Source of the DNA: Planctomycetota bacterium
Lineage (GTDB): Bacteria > Planctomycetota > B15-G4 > SIAN01
Reading direction: 5' to 3'
Assembly: GCA_009691715.1 (NCBI GenBank)
Contig: SIAN01000004.1
Location: 13,101-77,100, forward strand
Length of the DNA stretch: 64,000 nt
Both the position numbers and the translations under genes were made by a program. Numbering within the stretch: position 1 is the stretch's first letter; each line of letters opens with the position of its first letter. Below the pieces are notes generated by a model. The model was given only the letters and a program-made list of their open reading frames with translations. It did no database searches and had not been told where the DNA came from. Below, piece by piece: positions 46,240 through 54,813 of the stretch.

Positions 46240-47763
46240 TCAGTGACCCGCGCGCGCCACGAAAACCGTCCCGCCCCCCATCGATCCGGGCAGCTCGGCG
46301 ACGACCTCGAAGTCGCGCTGCACCACCTCCCAGACATCAGGTCGCGCGGCCGCGAGCTGTTCGGGCAACGTGTAGACCAGCCAAGTCGTTGCGGCAGCGG
46401 CGCGGATCGCGGCGAGATCGGCCGCCGTGTCGGCCTTCGTCCAACTCGGCGCGTAGTAGTCGGGCAACGCCCGCTTCGCCGGCCCGACCGCAACCCGGGC
46501 GTCGTTCGGCTTCGCGCGCGCCTCGACCAAGTCGCGCGCGCCGACGAAATCCTGCTTCGGGTGGGCATAGACCCGTTCGAGCGAGAGCGAGGATGCCGCC
46601 GCCACCGCGAGCACGACGGCGATCCCCCACAGCTCGGTCCGGCGCACCTTGCAGCCCGGCAGGTTGCACGACAGCCAACCGCCGCTGATGCGCGCGCCGC
46701 GCACGACGACGATCGCCACGAAGCCGGCCTCGAAGAAGAAAAAGCGCGGATAGAGGTGGCGATGGAGCGTGAGCAGGACCGCAAGCGCGAGCGGCGGCGC
46801 CAGCAGGTGCATCAGCACGAAGGCGCGCCGGCCGTTGCGCCAGAGCGAAACCGTGCCGATCAGCGCCAGCACGCCGGCGGCAGCGATGCCGATCAGCGCG
46901 AACGGCGATACGCCGAGGCTTTCGATCATTTGGCGCACGGCCCACAAGGGGCTCGTCCACGGCTCGACCTTGGCAACGGTGACGCTCGCGCCGCTGGCGC
47001 GCGCGGTGAACGCAGCGACCAGATCGCCGGCGAGTGGCGCGTAGAGCAGCAGCGCCAGGGCCGCCGCGCCGCCCATCGCGGCGAGGGCCGTCGCGGTCGC
47101 ACGCGGCAGCGGTGCTGGGGCGCAGTCGACCAAGGGTCGCACCGGTCCCGTCGCCGTCGTCTGCGCCGGCCAGAACCGGAGCCCGGCCCACACAAGCGCG
47201 TGGCCGACGAATGCGAACACCGCCGTCAGGTGGGTGTACGCGGCAAGAGCGGCGAACAGCGCGTAACGCCACGCACCACGGCGCGTCGGCGCCGACAGGA
47301 GGCGCAGGAACTCGCTGGTCGCCAGCACCGTGAACAGCAACATTCCGGTGTAGCCGCGCGCGTTCTGCGAGAACCAGACATGGTGCGCCGAGACCGCGAG
47401 CAGGAGCGCTGCCAGCAGTCCGGTCGTCTCGTCGATCAGTTGCCGCCCGAGTCGGGCGACGGCGAACAACGACGCCACGCCGAAGAGCAGTGCCGGCAGG
47501 CGGACGATCGCCTCGCTCTCGCCGAACGCGACCACTGCCAGACGCGCCAGCACTGAATAGAGCGGGTGCTGGTTCTCGCTGCCGTAGCTAATGACGATCG
47601 TCGCAAGCGGCTGGCGCACGATTGCGACCAGAGTGTCGACCTCATCGATCCAGAACGACGACGACAGGCCGACGAGACGCAGCCCGAGGCCGAGCACGAG
47701 CAGCGCCGCCAAGAGCAGCATCCCGCGCCGACCGAAGCCGGCCGTCGGCGCTGCTTCGGTCAC
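46240..47763 (-). CDS. GT-C membrane glycosyltransferase (PMT/ArnT-like)
   Basis: SFWIDE after TM1, HPLY, RLPALLFG, SQNARGY, YTH, RFF; soluble C-terminal domain. Confidence 0.87.
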   Translation of the reverse strand: MTEAAPTAGFGRRGMLLLAALLVLGLGLRLVGLSSSFWIDEVDTLVAIVRQPLATIVISYGSENQHPLYSVLARLAVVAFGESEAIVRLPALLFGVASLFAVARLGRQLIDETTGLLAALLLAVSAHHVWFSQNARGYTGMLLFTVLATSEFLRLLSAPTRRGAWRYALFAALAAYTHLTAVFAFVGHALVWAGLRFWPAQTTATGPVRPLVDCAPAPLPRATATALAAMGGAAALALLLYAPLAGDLVAAFTARASGASVTVAKVEPWTSPLWAVRQMIESLGVSPFALIGIAAAGVLALIGTVSLWRNGRRAFVLMHLLAPPLALAVLLTLHRHLYPRFFFFEAGFVAIVVVRGARISGGWLSCNLPGCKVRRTELWGIAVVLAVAAASSLSLERVYAHPKQDFVGARDLVEARAKPNDARVAVGPAKRALPDYYAPSWTKADTAADLAAIRAAAATTWLVYTLPEQLAAARPDVWEVVQRDFEVVAELPGSMGGGTVFVARAGH

Positions 47764-47963
47764 TTGTCGGCGATGTCTTCCGAGCCGTACGGCAGACGCG
47801 TCTGGATGTCGCCGACGTCGAGGTCAAGTTCACCGTCGCCATCACGACGGACCGCCGCGGTCTCCCCTGGCTTGCCCATCGGCAAGGTCGCGTCGAACTG
47901 CGATCCCGGCACGGGCTTGCCCGGCTCGATCTCGCCGGCAGCCTTCTGATCCTTCGCTTCCAT
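47760..47963 (-). CDS. Short acidic peptide B (67 aa), candidate RiPP precursor
   Basis: ATG with GGGAG RBS; GTGA coupling to GT-C gene; contains DGELDLDVGDI. Confidence 0.6.
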   Translation of the reverse strand: MEAKDQKAAGEIEPGKPVPGSQFDATLPMGKPGETAAVRRDGDGELDLDVGDIQTRLPYGSEDIADK

Positions 47964-48023
47964 CGCGGCGCTCTCCCTGTCAGCACGCAGCCTGTCAGCG
48001 CGAAGCTGAGCCGCGCGCGAAGT

Positions 48024-48239
48024 TCAACGCTCCTGGCCCGTGAACCCTTCCTTCAGCCGATCCGTCGGCGCGATCTCCTCGATCGCGAAGTCGAATCCGT
48101 CCGCTGCCACCGCCGCCGGCAACCCGGTCGCGGCGGCGGTCGGCGCGGAAGGCGACGGCGAACCTGCTGGCGCAACGGTCGAGTCGCGCGACGGTCGAAC
48201 CGCGTCGCCATCCGCCATCGGTCGGTTGTCCATCGTCAT
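48024..48239 (-). CDS. Short peptide A (about 71 aa), candidate RiPP precursor
   Basis: ATG with GGAG RBS 25 nt after the radical SAM stop; contains DGFDFAIEEI. Confidence 0.55.
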   Translation of the reverse strand: MTMDNRPMADGDAVRPSRDSTVAPAGSPSPSAPTAAATGLPAAVAADGFDFAIEEIAPTDRLKEGFTGQER

Positions 48240-48264
48240 CGTGGCGCTCCGCCTGAAAGGGCCG

Positions 48265-50769
48265 TCAAACCGCCGACGGCTTGCAGTAGAGGTGCATCGT
48301 TTCGGCGACTCGCACCGGATCGGCGGCAGCCGGAGCGACGGTGAGATCGCCCGTCCCGTTCGCCGCCGATGCCGAAGACGCCAACGACGACGCCAACGAC
48401 GACGCCGAAGGCGACGCCGCAGTTCCTCGCGGCCGCTCGCTGACGCCGAACGGTCGCGCCGTGACCAGCCCGCGCACCAACAACTCGCCGAGGAACTTCT
48501 CGACCTTGGGCTGCTGCGCTGCAGTGAAGCCGCCGACGATCTCCGCCACCGTCTTGCGCCCATCGCACGCCTCGAGCAGGCGCGCCGCATCCTTGCCGAC
48601 GTGCAGCAAATCGCTTGAACGCGCGCGGTAGACGGCGAAGTTGCGCGCCGGTGGCGCGGCCGGTACTTGGCTCGACATCTCCTCGAACAGCTTTTCCTTG
48701 AAGTTGCCCGACTGGTAGCGCGGCTTGAGGACGGCGCATTCCGCCTCGTTCAGCTTCTCCGCGATCGTGCGCAGGTCGTAGGGCATCTCGACCAGCCGGT
48801 TGCCATCGGGCAGCCGCAGGCGAGCGGTGGCGAGCTCGGCGGGTGCCGTCTCGGCGACCGTGACCTCGCTCTTGCCGTGCAGGAACGACAGATCCCCGTA
48901 ACGGCAGAGGTAGAGGAAGTAGTGGCTCTTCAGCTCGAAGAGCAGCAGGTTGTCGCCGCGGAAGAGCGGGAACTCCTCGCGCAGCACCTTCATGAAATCG
49001 AAGAAGAGCTCGCGTGCTTCGCGCCGCGACATGCCGCCGTCGACGATCTGCGTCGCGGAGCCGCTGCTGCCGTCCTGGCAGGAGGCGCCGTCGGGATGGC
49101 CGTGGTCGTCGCCGTGGGTCTTGCCGTACTGCTTCACCACCGGCAGCGTCGTGCCGGCGCGCGCCGGAATCCAGTCGTAGTAGACCTGCAGATCCTTCTC
49201 GGGATCGATCAGGATGCGCTCGACGCCGTAGGTCTGCGGGTGCTCGAAGACCTTGCTCAGGTGGTCGACATAGAAGATCCGCAGCGACACCTCGTCGACG
49301 CAGTCCTTGTGCGAACGCAGCCAGGCGAGCGTCTCGAGCGCTTCCTCGCGCGTCTCGGTCGGGAAGCCGATCATCGTGTAGAGCGTGTTGCTGATGCCGA
49401 CCTTGGCGAGCCGGCGCAGGATCCCCTCCGCCTCTTCGATCGCGGTGCCCTTCTCCATCAGGTCGAGCAGGCGTTGCGAGCCACTCTCGAAGCCGAACGC
49501 GATGCGCCGGCAACCGGACGCGTAGAGGTCGCGGCAGAGCTCGTCGGTGAAGAGGTTCTTCTCCAGGCGCGCGTCGGTCCACCACTTGATGGCCAGGTCG
49601 CGCTTCTTCAGTTCGATCGGGAGCTGCTTGAAGACCGGTGGCGGCATGTCCTCGACGACGAAATAGATGACGTCGCTGTTCCAGAGCTTCGTCACCTTCG
49701 CGATGTCGTCCATCACCTTGTCGAGTCGACGCTGGCGGAAGCCGGGGCCGATCACCTTGTACAAGGTGCAGAAGGCGCATTTCTCCCAGTAGCAACCGCG
49801 CGTGATCGCAAGCGGCAGCGCCAGCTTCGGCGAGTAGTAGCGCTCCATCGGCATGCCGTCGAACTCGGGCGTCGGCAGCGAGTCGATCGAGAGCGGGCTC
49901 GCCGGCGCATTGACGACGACCTTGTCGCCGTCCTTCCAGATCGCGTTGCCGACCCCGTCAGCGGGATTCTCCTTGCCGGCCGCGACGTTCTTCGCCAGCT
50001 CGAGCAGCGGCCCTTCGCCTTCGAGCACGATCGCACTGTCGATGGCGGCGAAGACCTTTCCGCTGCGGGTCGCTTTCTCCCCGATGTAAGCGAGCAGTCC
50101 GCCGCCGACGGTCACATGCACGTTCGGCAGCGCCTGCTTAATCATGCGGGCAAGTGCCAAGCCCGGAATCACCTGGCTGGTGTAGGTGAGCGAGATCCCG
50201 ACCAGGTCGGGCTTCATCGCGATGATCTCGGGCAACGCCTTGTCGCGGAAGTATTCGCAGAAGAAGTTGGCCTGCTCGTCGAAGACGGCGGCGAGAACCT
50301 CCGCCTCCTTCTCGATCGACCACGACAGCGTGTAGTTGTGCGGCGTGAGCGAACTCGGGTAGTGCTCGGCCGAGATCAGGCGGAACGCGCGGTCGAGAAG
50401 CTTCACTGCGCGCAGGTAGCGGTCGTAGTCGTAGAACGCCTCGTCGTTGCGCAGCGTGAAGAGCGCCTCGTCGATCCCCTCCACCACCGAGTCGGCCGAA
50501 GCGTGCGCCTCGGCCAGCACGCGGAAGCGGTCCATCTGCGGCAGCGGCAGCGGCCGATCGACCGGGTGCGCGGCGAACGCGGTCGCGACCCGATCGCGCG
50601 CCAGCGCGAGACGCTCCTTGGCCAGGAACCACTCGTGCGCTTCGAGGTTGAGATCGCGCTGGTGGCTGTCGGCGAAACCGTTCGCGCGCAGGAAGGCGAC
50701 CAGTGACGGCAGGGCGAGGTACGGTTGCGTCGGGTGAGCCTGCGGCGGGAAGAGCAGAAGAGTGCGCAA
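48265..50769 (-). CDS. B12-binding radical SAM enzyme with C-terminal PqqD/RRE-like winged helix
   Basis: LLFPP...PYLALPSL, PDLVGIS, VTVGG, EGE cobalamin-domain motifs; CYWEKCAFC; GFESGS, MIGFPTET; C-terminal ARLLEACDGRKTVAEI...FLGELLVRGLV; TTG with GGAGG RBS. Confidence 0.92.
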   Translation of the reverse strand: MRTLLLFPPQAHPTQPYLALPSLVAFLRANGFADSHQRDLNLEAHEWFLAKERLALARDRVATAFAAHPVDRPLPLPQMDRFRVLAEAHASADSVVEGIDEALFTLRNDEAFYDYDRYLRAVKLLDRAFRLISAEHYPSSLTPHNYTLSWSIEKEAEVLAAVFDEQANFFCEYFRDKALPEIIAMKPDLVGISLTYTSQVIPGLALARMIKQALPNVHVTVGGGLLAYIGEKATRSGKVFAAIDSAIVLEGEGPLLELAKNVAAGKENPADGVGNAIWKDGDKVVVNAPASPLSIDSLPTPEFDGMPMERYYSPKLALPLAITRGCYWEKCAFCTLYKVIGPGFRQRRLDKVMDDIAKVTKLWNSDVIYFVVEDMPPPVFKQLPIELKKRDLAIKWWTDARLEKNLFTDELCRDLYASGCRRIAFGFESGSQRLLDLMEKGTAIEEAEGILRRLAKVGISNTLYTMIGFPTETREEALETLAWLRSHKDCVDEVSLRIFYVDHLSKVFEHPQTYGVERILIDPEKDLQVYYDWIPARAGTTLPVVKQYGKTHGDDHGHPDGASCQDGSSGSATQIVDGGMSRREARELFFDFMKVLREEFPLFRGDNLLLFELKSHYFLYLCRYGDLSFLHGKSEVTVAETAPAELATARLRLPDGNRLVEMPYDLRTIAEKLNEAECAVLKPRYQSGNFKEKLFEEMSSQVPAAPPARNFAVYRARSSDLLHVGKDAARLLEACDGRKTVAEIVGGFTAAQQPKVEKFLGELLVRGLVTARPFGVSERPRGTAASPSASSLASSLASSASAANGTGDLTVAPAAADPVRVAETMHLYCKPSAV

Positions 50770-50782
50770 GGATGTTCCTCCG

Positions 50783-51133
50783 TCAGTTTGGCGAGGTGAA
50801 GCTATCGGCCGGCAGCGCCAGAATCACGCTGGCGATCGCACCGCGCGCCTCATGGAGACGGAAACCGCGTGCCGCCAGTTCCCGCTTGGCTTCGCCGCTG
50901 AAGGCGAGCGCGATGACCCAACCGCAGTCGGCGACGAGGTTTGCCAGGGCCAAATAGTCCCGGAACACCCGGCCGGGCGATGCCGGCAACGCGCGCCGAT
51001 CGACGAAGCGGACTTCGTTCCCGTGCCGCTCCCAGACGACGCAGTCGGCGGCGCGATGGAAGCGCTCGTTGACGCCGATGCCGTCGCGCGAGATGACGGC
51101 GATCCGTCGCGAGGGCCGTGCGTCGTGCGACAC
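50783..51133 (-). CDS. NifB/NifX family (dinitrogenase FeMo-cofactor domain-like) small protein
   Basis: RIAVISRDGIGVNERFHRA, VADCGWVI, AKRELAARGF pattern; GTG 2 nt after upstream stop. Confidence 0.65.
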   Translation of the reverse strand: MSHDARPSRRIAVISRDGIGVNERFHRAADCVVWERHGNEVRFVDRRALPASPGRVFRDYLALANLVADCGWVIALAFSGEAKRELAARGFRLHEARGAIASVILALPADSFTSPN

Positions 51134-51135
51134 CG

Positions 51136-53157
51136 TCAGTAGCCCGCGGCCGGGTCGACGACGGACAGGAGCTGCTCGCCCGCGGCGAAGCGCCGCAAGT
51201 TCTCGCGGTAGAGCAGGAACTGCCGCTCTGCCGCGCTCGCGCTGTCGGCCGCGACGTGCGGGGTGATGACGACCTGCGGGAAGCGCCAGAGCGGGTGGTC
51301 GGGCGGCAGCGGCTCGGGATCGGTCACGTCGAGCGCGGCACCAGCGAGCCGCCCCGACTCGAGCGCGGCGATGAGCGCGGCGGTGTCGACGCACTTCCCG
51401 CGCGCGACGTTGCAGAGCCGAGCGCCCGGCTTGAGCGCGGCGAAGAAGCGCTCGTCGCAGAGCCGCGTCGTCGCGGGGGTGAGCGGCACGCAGATGAAGA
51501 CGATGTCGGCGAGCGGCGCCAGCTCGAGCAGCCGATCGGGCGGCTCGACGCGCTCGACTTCGGAGGAGACGCCGCGACCGGAGGGGGTGGTCGCGATCAC
51601 TCGCGCGCCGAAGGCCGCGGCGCGCCGCGCGATCTCGCGGCCGATGCCGCCGAGGCCAGCGATCAGGACCGTCTTGCCGCGGAGCTCGTCCATGCCCGCG
51701 GGCGCGACGTCGCGCCATTCGTGCGCGCCGCGCTGGTTCTCGCCAAAGGCCGGCAGCCCGCGCATCAGCGCCAGCATCATCCCGAGCGCGTGATCGGCGA
51801 TCTCCGGGCCGTAAAGCCGCTGCGCGTTCGTGAGCGCGACGCGACGCTGCGCGATCGCCGGAATCCCGACGTAGCGCTCGACTCCCGCGGAGCCGACCTG
51901 CGCCCAGCGCAGCATCGTTCCGCGCGCCAGCAGCTCGGCACTGCAGGCACCGATCAGCCCGTCAGCATCGACGACGTGCGCCAGCGCGGCGGCCGGGTCG
52001 ACTGCGGCGACCAGCTCGAGTTCGGGGACGGCAAGGCGCAGCCGCGCGACCAACGCATCATCGCTGTCGACGACCAAGACCTTGCGCGGCGCCTTCCAGC
52101 CGGGCGCTTCGCGCGACGGCGATGGGCCCGGCACGAGGCCGAGCTCTTCAGTGAGCAGCAGTGGCGGTCGGCGCCCGGTGAACTCGCCGAAGACGTGAGC
52201 GACGTTCTCTGCGCGCGAACTCGCCGCGACACCGGTCCATTCCTGGTACCACGGCAGGTCGAGCCCCGACAGGATCCCGCCTTCGTCCTGTCCCGTCGCG
52301 ATGCCGACGGCGACCGCGTCGCGCAGATCGATCAACCAGCGTCGCTGGCGGAGGAGCAGCTCGGGCCCACCCTCCGCGCCGTGCCCCGGACAGACGATCC
52401 GAGGTCGCAGCGCGATCAGCCGGTCGAGCACTGCAATCCAGTTCTCGCTGTCGCTGTCGCCGAGGAAGTTGTGCGCCCCGTTGACACAGAGGTCGCCGGT
52501 GAAGAGCACGCGTTCTTCCGGCAGCCACGCGACGGCGTCGCCGCGAGTGTGGCCGCGGCCGTAGTGCAGGAACTCGACGCGGCGGGCGCCGCTACCGACG
52601 ACCAGTCGCTCGTCGAATCGGAGCGATGCGCCGACGAAGCGGGTGCCGGCGAGCTGCGTGCGCTCGGCCGCGTCGGTCGACTGCTCGATGCGGCGGAACG
52701 CGGCGAGGCCGCGCGTTTCGAGCAATTCGGCGCACCGCGAATGGGCGGCGACCAGTGCGCCGCCGTCGGCGTGGACGGCGTTCCCGAAACTGTGGTCCCA
52801 GTGGTCGTGGGTGTCGAAGACCAGCCGCACCGGCAACGCGCTCCGTTGCGCGATCTCCTCGCGCAGCGCGCGCGCGACCACCGGCATGCTCGCCTCGATC
52901 GCGACGATCTGGTCGTCCTGAAGGACGAAGCCGCTGTTCGCGCCCTCGAACACCGGCGCGATCGACGCCTCGGCGAAGAAGACGCCGGGCGCAACTTCGC
53001 GGACGGTCGGCCGCGAAGTTGCGGCAAGTGGCGCAGTTGGCGCAGCTACCGCGGCAGCGGCAGCCGGCGCGTGCGCAGCCGTCGGATCTGGCAGCGGCCA
53101 GCAGAACGGTGCCGCAGCCAACACCGCGACGATCGCGATCCTCGTGCTCGAAACCAT
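51136..53157 (-). CDS. MBL-fold metallo-hydrolase fused to D-2-hydroxyacid dehydrogenase
   Basis: THDHWDH, GHTRGD, FTGD, PGHG; then GLGGIG, NVARG, LDVTDPEPL, TPHVA. Confidence 0.88.
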   Translation of the reverse strand: MVSSTRIAIVAVLAAAPFCWPLPDPTAAHAPAAAAAVAAPTAPLAATSRPTVREVAPGVFFAEASIAPVFEGANSGFVLQDDQIVAIEASMPVVARALREEIAQRSALPVRLVFDTHDHWDHSFGNAVHADGGALVAAHSRCAELLETRGLAAFRRIEQSTDAAERTQLAGTRFVGASLRFDERLVVGSGARRVEFLHYGRGHTRGDAVAWLPEERVLFTGDLCVNGAHNFLGDSDSENWIAVLDRLIALRPRIVCPGHGAEGGPELLLRQRRWLIDLRDAVAVGIATGQDEGGILSGLDLPWYQEWTGVAASSRAENVAHVFGEFTGRRPPLLLTEELGLVPGPSPSREAPGWKAPRKVLVVDSDDALVARLRLAVPELELVAAVDPAAALAHVVDADGLIGACSAELLARGTMLRWAQVGSAGVERYVGIPAIAQRRVALTNAQRLYGPEIADHALGMMLALMRGLPAFGENQRGAHEWRDVAPAGMDELRGKTVLIAGLGGIGREIARRAAAFGARVIATTPSGRGVSSEVERVEPPDRLLELAPLADIVFICVPLTPATTRLCDERFFAALKPGARLCNVARGKCVDTAALIAALESGRLAGAALDVTDPEPLPPDHPLWRFPQVVITPHVAADSASAAERQFLLYRENLRRFAAGEQLLSVVDPAAGY

Positions 53158-53324
53158 GGCCTGCGCGCCTCCTCCGACCCGAACACTCGATCCGTCGCGC
53201 ATCGGCGGCGCAATGAGGTGGGATGAGGGTCGTACTGCGCCGAGCACGTCGCAAAGATTCGCCGGTATCACCCGCAAACGACAGTCGGAGGACCTGCCTG
53301 CGCGCGGCGAAAACCGGGGTCGGA

Positions 53325-53402
<78 letters not shown>

Positions 53403-53476
53403 TTCCGATCGGGAAGGGCTAAGAAGCTAGGAGCGCTCCGCTCAGGAATCAAGACCGCGGCCAAGCAGACTGGGCT

Positions 53477-53995
53477 TCACGGCAAGTGATTCCGCTCGCC
53501 CACTTGCCACCAGTCGAGCCGCGAATCGCGGCAGAGCGCGTCACGCAGCAGCTTGAGGTCGGCCGCCCAGGTGATCACCGTCCCGGCGATTCGCGGTCGC
53601 AGGACGAACCAGAGCCGCCCCTGGTGCACCGCCTCGATGATCCAGAGCGACGAGGTGCGGCGCCCGGCGATCAGCAGCGTGCGCGCGAGCCGGTCGAGCC
53701 ACTCGAGCGGCTGGCGGGACAACGCGAAGTAGATCGCGGGCGGGGCGGAATGACCGGCGGCGGTAGAGAGCGAGCGCTCGACCACGATGCCACCGGTTGC
53801 CTCGAGCGCCGTGAACAGGCCGACGAGCTCGGGCGACACACTGAGCGATTCGGCTTCGCGAATCTCCCGCACGCGCTCGACCGCCGCCGGATCGCCCTGC
53901 AGTTCGCCGCATAGCCCACACTCCTCGACCAGCAGGCCATAGAGGTGCTGGCGCCGCAGGTCGTGGCTGCCGCATTCGTCGCAGGTCGAAACCAT
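53477..53995 (-). CDS. Hypothetical protein with N-terminal zinc ribbon
   Basis: CDECGS...ECGLCG. Confidence 0.6.
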   Translation of the reverse strand: MVSTCDECGSHDLRRQHLYGLLVEECGLCGELQGDPAAVERVREIREAESLSVSPELVGLFTALEATGGIVVERSLSTAAGHSAPPAIYFALSRQPLEWLDRLARTLLIAGRRTSSLWIIEAVHQGRLWFVLRPRIAGTVITWAADLKLLRDALCRDSRLDWWQVGERNHLP

Positions 53996-54096
53996 CCCGC
54001 CTTGATGCCGGCGGCGCACCGTGCGGTCAAGGGATCGCCGGCGCGCGCGGCGGCATCGCCCCGGTCGCAGGCACGTCGTTCGCTACATTCACCGCG

Positions 54097-54789
54097 ATGA
54101 AAGGGCTCTGGATCCTCGCTGGCCTCGCGGCGGCCGCAGTCGTTCTCGCGGTCTTCCTCATGCGCGACTCGACTGCTGACGTCGAGCGCCTCTACATCGA
54201 CACGGTGCGGGAACGCGCGACGATCCGCGATGCGCTCGAAGAGTGCGGCGACCTCGTGCGCTACTTCAACGAGATCAAGCCGACGGAACGCAAGAAGAGC
54301 GAGCTCGAGACGCTGCGACGGAAGTTCGAGACGCTCGAGCAGGCGGCGAGCTCGGCGCGTGATGACGAGGCGCTGCCGCGTGAGGAGCGCCGGAAGTCGC
54401 TTTCACGGATCGAGGAGGATTTCTGGGAGCTGAAGCGCGACGCCGAGGATCTGCGCGCACGGCTGACGGAGATGAAGAACTACGAGGCGGCGCTGCGCCC
54501 GGCGATCGCGCGACTTGGCGAGCTGACCCAGAAGCTGCTGGCCGTGCAGTCGGGCGCGCCACCCGACTTCCAGCAGCGGTCGAGCCACTTGATCGAAGAG
54601 GGCCGCAAGTACCGCAGCCTCGCCGAGAACGCGCTGCGAACGCTGTCGGTCAAGATCGGCGAAGGGCGGACGATCGGGGTCGCGGCCCTGAAGGAGCTCG
54701 ACGCGGTCCTCGGCAACATGGCCGAACTGCTTGCGACTCGCGAAGCGAAGGCAGAGCCGGAGGCGACCGGAGCGCGCGGCGGCGACTGA
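54097..54789 (+). CDS. Membrane-anchored coiled-coil protein
   Basis: N-terminal TM then charged heptad-rich helices. Confidence 0.75.
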   Translation: MKGLWILAGLAAAAVVLAVFLMRDSTADVERLYIDTVRERATIRDALEECGDLVRYFNEIKPTERKKSELETLRRKFETLEQAASSARDDEALPREERRKSLSRIEEDFWELKRDAEDLRARLTEMKNYEAALRPAIARLGELTQKLLAVQSGAPPDFQQRSSHLIEEGRKYRSLAENALRTLSVKIGEGRTIGVAALKELDAVLGNMAELLATREAKAEPEATGARGGD

Positions 54790-54813
54790 CGGCGGCGACG
54801 GGCGACCGCCGCG

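Noticed and set aside
50783..51133. Nitrogen fixation locus
   Set aside because: No nifHDK or nifEN; NifX-like domains occur widely outside diazotrophs.
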